Part shown: piece by piece, positions 58,766 to 64,000 of the stretch
Numbering within the stretch: position 1 is the stretch's first letter
Layout: the number at the start of each line of letters is the position of its first letter
Assembly: GCA_965603825.1 (NCBI GenBank)
Contig: CBFDEM010000016.1
Span: forward strand, 124,001-188,000
DNA from: Blepharisma stoltei ATCC 30299
Taxonomy: Eukaryota > Protista > Ciliophora
Direction: 5' to 3'
Length of the DNA stretch: 64,000 nt
The notes under the pieces: generated by a model
What the model was told of the DNA's origin: nothing
What the model saw: only the letters and a program-made list of their open reading frames with translations
Database searches by the model: none
Position numbers and translations under genes: made by a program

Positions 58766-59500
58766 TTACCACTTCTTTTTAATTTGATTCGAGCTGTATT
58801 GTCTATCTTCATCAGAGTCGCTTTCATCTTCATTATGCCTCTTTTCCTTTTTCTTAATCACAGCTCTTGCATTATTCAAAGGATTTTCCTCAATCTCCGT
58901 TGTCCACACTCCCACCTGAGCAAGTGTCCACTCTACTGAATCCGGTGTCATTCGATTTCCTCCAAGAAACTCCCCACAGCCCAACAATTGTTGCCCTAAA
59001 GCCCCATTTTTATATACAATCAGTGCTGGTACATCGCAATCTCTGAAATTTTCCACACACCTTGTGGCTTGAATTTTAATGAATTTGTGATTTATAAACT
59101 TTGCTGCTAATATAGGGAATATCTGGTCTAAAAGACGGCTATGTACGATATGCTCTTGATAAAGATGCAAGATAACATAGACATCTGTGGGTGCATTATT
59201 TACTTCCTGAATAAAATCTTGACGAGAAATTTCAATGACTCTTCCAAATTTAGGCTTCATGGCTGCTTCTTGAAGCTCTTTTAGTCGCTTCGCACGGTAT
59301 TCTTGAAATATTTTTTCGTCTTGATCCTCTTCAAGCTCTTCTAGTTCTTGGAGATTTTTGGATTCAAGAGGGTCGACTTTTTCAAGCTCTTCAACTGCTT
59401 GTTTGGTGAGATCTTCCAATGTAGGCTCGACTTCTTTAGGAGGTTTATTGCCTAATCTTCTGTGTATATCGTCCCATTCTGTGGATACATTCCATGCCAT
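58766..59500 (-). CDS. PDCL3: Phosducin-like protein 2/3 (PhLP2/VIAF)
   Basis: TEWDDIHRRLG, YRAKRLKE, KFGRVIEIS, VILHLY, KFIKI and VEWTL motifs. Confidence 0.93.
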   Translation of the reverse strand: MAWNVSTEWDDIHRRLGNKPPKEVEPTLEDLTKQAVEELEKVDPLESKNLQELEELEEDQDEKIFQEYRAKRLKELQEAAMKPKFGRVIEISRQDFIQEVNNAPTDVYVILHLYQEHIVHSRLLDQIFPILAAKFINHKFIKIQATRCVENFRDCDVPALIVYKNGALGQQLLGCGEFLGGNRMTPDSVEWTLAQVGVWTTEIEENPLNNARAVIKKKEKRHNEDESDSDEDRQYSSNQIKKKW

Positions 59501-59572
59501 ATTATAAATTTATTGAATTTCTTCTAATAATAAATTAAGATATCATTTTTAAATTTATTAATAAACAAAAAT

Positions 59573-61045
59573 CTACTTTGATTTTCTGGACGGAACTTCT
59601 AAATAGTTTTCCTCTTCAATTAGTTGTTTTGAAATTTTACCTGCTAGCTGAGTCATAAGCTTTTTCGCCCAATCCACCTTTTTATTCATCCTGATATCCT
59701 GAAACAGTCTCCCCTGAGGCATTGGGCTAATTTGAGATGCCTGCAATATTGCCTGATATTTCGATGCTCTTACCTGCAGCTCTTTATTTAATGACTTTCT
59801 TAATGCCCCTGTGCTAGGTCTTCCTTCATAAATTTTTTGCATGTCTTGCTTATCTTTTTCTTTAAATTGGTTATTAAAATCTTCAGCATGAAGCTGAAAA
59901 AGAACAGTATTCGGAGACATGCTAATAGCTCTTGTTTTTCTCGGGATCCCCAAAATAAGTTCTTCTTCTCCGAAAAAATCTGTGCTTTCACAGATTCTGA
60001 TTGTTTTTTTATATTTTTTCATGTTTACCAAGTATAAACCTTCATTGTCAACAGGGAGCCTGTTTTTGTGCTTTAGAGTTACGTCAACTTCTAGGGCGAC
60101 AGAACCTTCTTTTACAATAAAAAAATGCAGAGGCTTGGAGTTTATTTCATAAATTATTTTACCTTCATTATATTGCTGCTGGAACATATCTCATGCAACT
60201 CGGGCTAATTTGGATTTGCCCCATTCTTTAAAAAATGGCACCTGCTTCAGAAAATCGGCTGTTTCGTATTTTTCTTTTGGTTTTTGTTTTAAGATGATTT
60301 CATTATAATCAGCTTTTTTCAATTCAAGAGCTACAACATCCCCCTGAGCTTTAACTGTTGCCTTACGTATTCCGTCAGTTTCTAAGGCAACTTCCCCCAC
60401 ATGATTTCTTGGAGCTACTACAGCAATACACCCATCAACTGAATTTTTATAGATTTCGACCATCCCTTTGTATATTATATATAGATTGTCTCCATGATCT
60501 CCTTCTTTCATTAATACTGATCCTGAAGGGAAATAATAAGTCTTAAGTTTTTTGCAAACTTCTGTTCCTGTAATTTCGCTTAAAGGTTTAAAAAACGGGC
60601 ATAGCCGGCATCATTCTCTAAGTGCTCTCTTTTCAAGGTCTTCTCTCAAGTTTTCTGGCTTCTCACAAGTAAGCCCAAGATCAATAAGTGCCAAATTACT
60701 CATTCTTGTTATTTGTTTTTGAAAATCTTTTCTCTCTGTAAGTCATTCAGGAAAAATATCTTTTGACTCAGCATGGCTATAAGTTTTAAAAATATTGCTT
60801 GAGGTCGAATATCGGCCACATAAAGATTCAGTCGATTTTGTGCCTAAACTTTTCATCGCAAAATTGAGATGAGATGTAAAGGCACGTTTCTGATTAGAAT
60901 ATCCCTGAAGACTTGGCCTAGTTTTTTGGCTAGCTGATAAAATCATTGGAAATTTGGGGGATAAACAAATATGATCACTATGATGATATCTGTGAGAATG
61001 AAATGTGGATCGAAAAAGCTGTGCTTCTTTTGTGTCGAAGTTCAT
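59573..61045 (-). CDS. Tandem cyclic-nucleotide-binding domain protein (490 aa)
   Basis: Three TGA=Trp join the ORFs; KEGDHGDNLYIIYKG...GEVAL...RKATV and FGEEEL...PRKTRA. Confidence 0.88.
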
Positions 61046-61229
61046 TTTTATTAAGTCTTTATAATATTTAGATACTGGTTGTGCTAAGTTGGTATTAAAA
61101 TATAGGAAAAGCTAGCTTTTGCAGTAGAAATAATCTTATAATATTAGGTGATATTAAAAATTCCAGGGATATGCAAAAATGACAGTTTTTACAGAATAAG
61201 ATATGGAAGAATATTTTTATTAATAAAAA

Positions 61230-64000
61230 TTATAGACTTTTCCTTGCAGATACCGACAAGCGTTGGGAGTAATCATTTCGATGGTTTTGGAAGCGCAGCT
61301 TGCACCTTTCTCCTAATGTCATCAGCTTGAGTTCTAGATCTTGGACACATCTCTGAACTGTTGTTTTTTCTTTTATCATTGCATCAAAAGCTTTCTTTCG
61401 TTTCGCTGTTTTCATATCCAGTATTTTTGCCCTTTGTTTTTTATAGTCTTGATCAATAGGAGCTATGAATTTTGCTATCTGTGCTGACATCTGCTTTAGT
61501 CTCTTTTCAGAAGAGTTAAGCCACGCCAAAAACTCTTCCTGAGTAGCATTTTCACTTAGTGTATCATCCTCCTCTTCTTGTTCAAGCTTACTTGATAAAT
61601 TTGATCTAAAACAATGGGCAATTGCATTGATATTTTCATCAAGCCTTGACCCTAATATGAACTCCAAGAAGTTTTTATTGTCCATTGATTTCCTCAAAAA
61701 CTTTTTATTTTCATCATGGACACATATGTCTTTTTTGAAAATATTTAAAATTTCTATCTGGATATCTGGGCTTGACTGGAACTCAATTAGAAGCTTAATA
61801 AAATAAAAAATTGTGCTGGATTCTCTGAATTTCGGCTGAGAAGCTAGACCTTCAAAAGAAAAGTGCCTCAGGATTTCAATGTACTCTTCTTTAGGGAGGT
61901 CTTCTTTGAAGAACTGGATCATCAAATCGTCTCTAAACTCAAAATAAGCAGTATTTTTCATTTGGGCTCGGAATGCTGATGTATTTTCAGAAGCTAATAA
62001 GTTTATTAAATGCATAACTCTGGAGCTGAGGTCCACCCTGGTCATAAGGACGTCATTATTTTGCAAGAAAGCCATAAGATTTTTTAAGAAATTTGTCTGG
62101 TTGTTCACAAGTCCGGGTGTGTCCATATTTGGGCTGCTTTCAATACAAGAAATGATGCTTTCAACCAGCCTTGCTCGATACTCATCAGCATCAATTGTTT
62201 TATTCAGCCAATGTATGAATTTAATTGCTTTAGGTGCCCTGTTCATGTCGAAATAGCAGAGCCTTGTAACGACTTTGTAAATTTGGAATAAGTGCTTATC
62301 GTCCCTTGGCCTTTGGTAAAATCCAATTGGCTGCTGCTCATCAGATTTAACTAGCTTAGCACACCACGTTAAAAATGGAACCTCAAGCAGCTTTTCACAG
62401 TTTTCTGGGTCAAGAATGATTTCTATTGATCTGAATACGTCAGAAATAAGCTCTTCATTGGTTTCTTGCTTTAACAAATCTATTAAGACTTCTAATGCTT
62501 CAGGAAACACAATTCTTTTGACTGGCTCTGGGCCTTGGTTTGGAATTGCTTTGGCTGCAATAGAGGATAGATTGATAATTGTTTTTAGAATCCCTGACTC
62601 TGGAGGATATAACAAGCCTACTTGGTTAAAACCATTTTGGGCAAGTATAAGGAGCATTTGGTAAGTGTATTTATTATTTTTTTGTTTCTGCAGAACACTG
62701 TTTATCATATCAAAGCCACGGACTTTGAAAAACCAGCTCCTAAAGAGCTTCACTGACATATGGAGCAGCAGCCCAATAAACTTGATAGCTGCACATCTAA
62801 TAGCTTCAGAAGGGCTCGAAAGAATACCAAACAGCAAAACCCCCCCATCTGCATTTAAAAACTTCTCTAAAAGTGCTTGATTCCCAATAAAAATATGAAG
62901 ACTTATTATGCTCAGCATAGACACAGCTGAGTTTTCCATACATGCAAGATGAGTTTTAAGCTCTTGGAAAGTAAAAAGATCAAGCAAGTTATCAAGATGC
63001 TCCTGTCCCATCGAAATAACTAAATGTTCAAACAAAGAAAGTGAATGATACTCTAAACAATGGTATTCTTTTTCTGTCTGTTTTTTTATTAAATCAATAA
63101 GGACTTGGAAACCATTCACTTCAGAGCTTAAAAATATTTTTGCATTTTCTTCATGGCACATTAAGTTGCTGATTTCTTCAATGACGCCTGATATGAGATT
63201 TGGAGGCAAAACACATATTAAGTTAAGCAAAGCACACAACCCGCCAATTCTGTTTTGAGGGATAACTGGGATTGTTTCGATTTTCATAACAATCATTTTT
63301 CTCAAAGATATATGAGCTTGAGGAACATTTGAGATCGCAGATATGAGGCATTCTATTGAGTCAGCACTGGCGTATTCTTTGTAATTTGCGACTAAAGTCA
63401 TGACTGAGTTCCAGCCTCCTATATCTAAGAAATTTTGGTAATTATTTGGCGATTTTGTAATGAGCTCACAAATATATTCAATTGCTCTTGGCTGGAGCTC
63501 AGTTTTCATTATTGCGATAAACTCTGGGAGGGCTTGGATTTCATAGAGTGACTGCTTAATTGTGGTGGCTTGGTAAAAGTTTGAATTTTCAATTTGGTTG
63601 AGAACACCTTTATGAGTAAGCCAAATATTGCCAACTTTTATTGTGCCTTCAGGTGTTTCTTCTGGCAATTCATGGGCGATTTCTATCAAATTTGAGAGTT
63701 CTTGCTTTTTTTCTTCTTCAGGAAGCTTAAACACTGATTTTGTCTCAGAGAAATTGGTTTCTCCCAATAATCCTTCAGAATACATTGATGAAATTACAGC
63801 TGGATCTAAACAGCCTTCTAGGCAATTTATTTTAGACACCATAGATATCATTTCTTTGTCCCCAAAAATCCCTGTTATTGCATATTTTTCTTTTAATCCT
63901 GCAAAATAACTGCACTTAAACAGTGCGTATTGTTTACCATTTATATAAATTGTGACCCCTTGTTTACCATGGACTAATACAAAATGCTGCCACCTATCAG
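61230..64000 (-). CDS. 3' part of a neurobeachin/BEACH-family-like protein (ConA/LamG plus ARM region); 5' end outside window
   Basis: Frame open from the window edge: RWQHFVLVH...IYINGK, FLDIGG, EAIRCAAIKFIGLLL, RGF, IVFPE; TAA 61230. Confidence 0.65.
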   Translation of the reverse strand, partial: DRWQHFVLVHGKQGVTIYINGKQYALFKCSYFAGLKEKYAITGIFGDKEMISMVSKINCLEGCLDPAVISSMYSEGLLGETNFSETKSVFKLPEEEKKQELSNLIEIAHELPEETPEGTIKVGNIWLTHKGVLNQIENSNFYQATTIKQSLYEIQALPEFIAIMKTELQPRAIEYICELITKSPNNYQNFLDIGGWNSVMTLVANYKEYASADSIECLISAISNVPQAHISLRKMIVMKIETIPVIPQNRIGGLCALLNLICVLPPNLISGVIEEISNLMCHEENAKIFLSSEVNGFQVLIDLIKKQTEKEYHCLEYHSLSLFEHLVISMGQEHLDNLLDLFTFQELKTHLACMENSAVSMLSIISLHIFIGNQALLEKFLNADGGVLLFGILSSPSEAIRCAAIKFIGLLLHMSVKLFRSWFFKVRGFDMINSVLQKQKNNKYTYQMLLILAQNGFNQVGLLYPPESGILKTIINLSSIAAKAIPNQGPEPVKRIVFPEALEVLIDLLKQETNEELISDVFRSIEIILDPENCEKLLEVPFLTWCAKLVKSDEQQPIGFYQRPRDDKHLFQIYKVVTRLCYFDMNRAPKAIKFIHWLNKTIDADEYRARLVESIISCIESSPNMDTPGLVNNQTNFLKNLMAFLQNNDVLMTRVDLSSRVMHLINLLASENTSAFRAQMKNTAYFEFRDDLMIQFFKEDLPKEEYIEILRHFSFEGLASQPKFRESSTIFYFIKLLIEFQSSPDIQIEILNIFKKDICVHDENKKFLRKSMDNKNFLEFILGSRLDENINAIAHCFRSNLSSKLEQEEEDDTLSENATQEEFLAWLNSSEKRLKQMSAQIAKFIAPIDQDYKKQRAKILDMKTAKRKKAFDAMIKEKTTVQRCVQDLELKLMTLGERCKLRFQNHRNDYSQRLSVSARKSL

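Noticed and set aside
4971-63909. Many short antisense or alternate-frame ORFs in the track (e.g. 4971-5522, 33593-34048, 56908-57348, 63628-63909)
   Set aside because: They shadow well-supported genes, have S/F/L-rich antisense composition and show no motifs.
1-64000. Mycoplasma, mitochondrial or other prokaryotic origin suggested by UGA=Trp and dense packing
   Set aside because: Gene content is nuclear eukaryotic (RPS8, GRP94, PAK, RBR, SPEF1) and GT-AG introns are present.
1-64000. In-frame TGAs as pseudogene lesions, selenocysteine or Cys
   Set aside because: They occur in over 20 otherwise intact genes and align to conserved Trp, not Cys or redox sites.
1-64000. TAA/TAG = Gln or a fully ambiguous Condylostoma-type code
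   Set aside because: Every internal TAA/TAG in an intact gene lies within a consensus 15-nt intron, and long ORFs contain none.

Overview
Gene-dense, AT-rich eukaryotic DNA, best explained as macronuclear genome of a heterotrich ciliate of the Blepharisma type. Two properties explain why the supplied ORF track is fragmented. (1) TGA is read as Trp: I counted about 50 in-frame TGAs, several at invariant Trp positions (GTPS-W-MAPE, LE-W-RKK, RCC1 xS-W-G), while genes end in TAA/TAG. (2) There are at least 12 spliceosomal introns, all exactly 15 nt (GTA-N6-A-N3-AG). Both properties are already known for Blepharisma and are not claimed as new. Applying them gives about 45 protein-coding genes, including RPS8, GRP94, PDIA6, SEL1L, YIF1, SPEF1, PDCL3, a C9orf85 homolog, TBC, RCC1 and RBR proteins, kinases, a type-I glutaminyl cyclase and a ~1630-aa Cys-rich multi-pass receptor-like protein. 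Two of these (1996-2373 and 11432-12160) are absent from the ORF track. Best second-look items: phase-matched stop codons in the 3n introns; strongly gene-specific use of UGA versus UGG; UGA codons next to the true stop; a FYVE-finger PAK lacking the CRIB core; a transportin lacking its acidic H8 loop; several pseudoenzymes; and 8-34 nt intergenic gaps. I found no rRNA, tRNA, CRISPR array or mobile element. All family calls come from motif recognition by eye, not from database searches.
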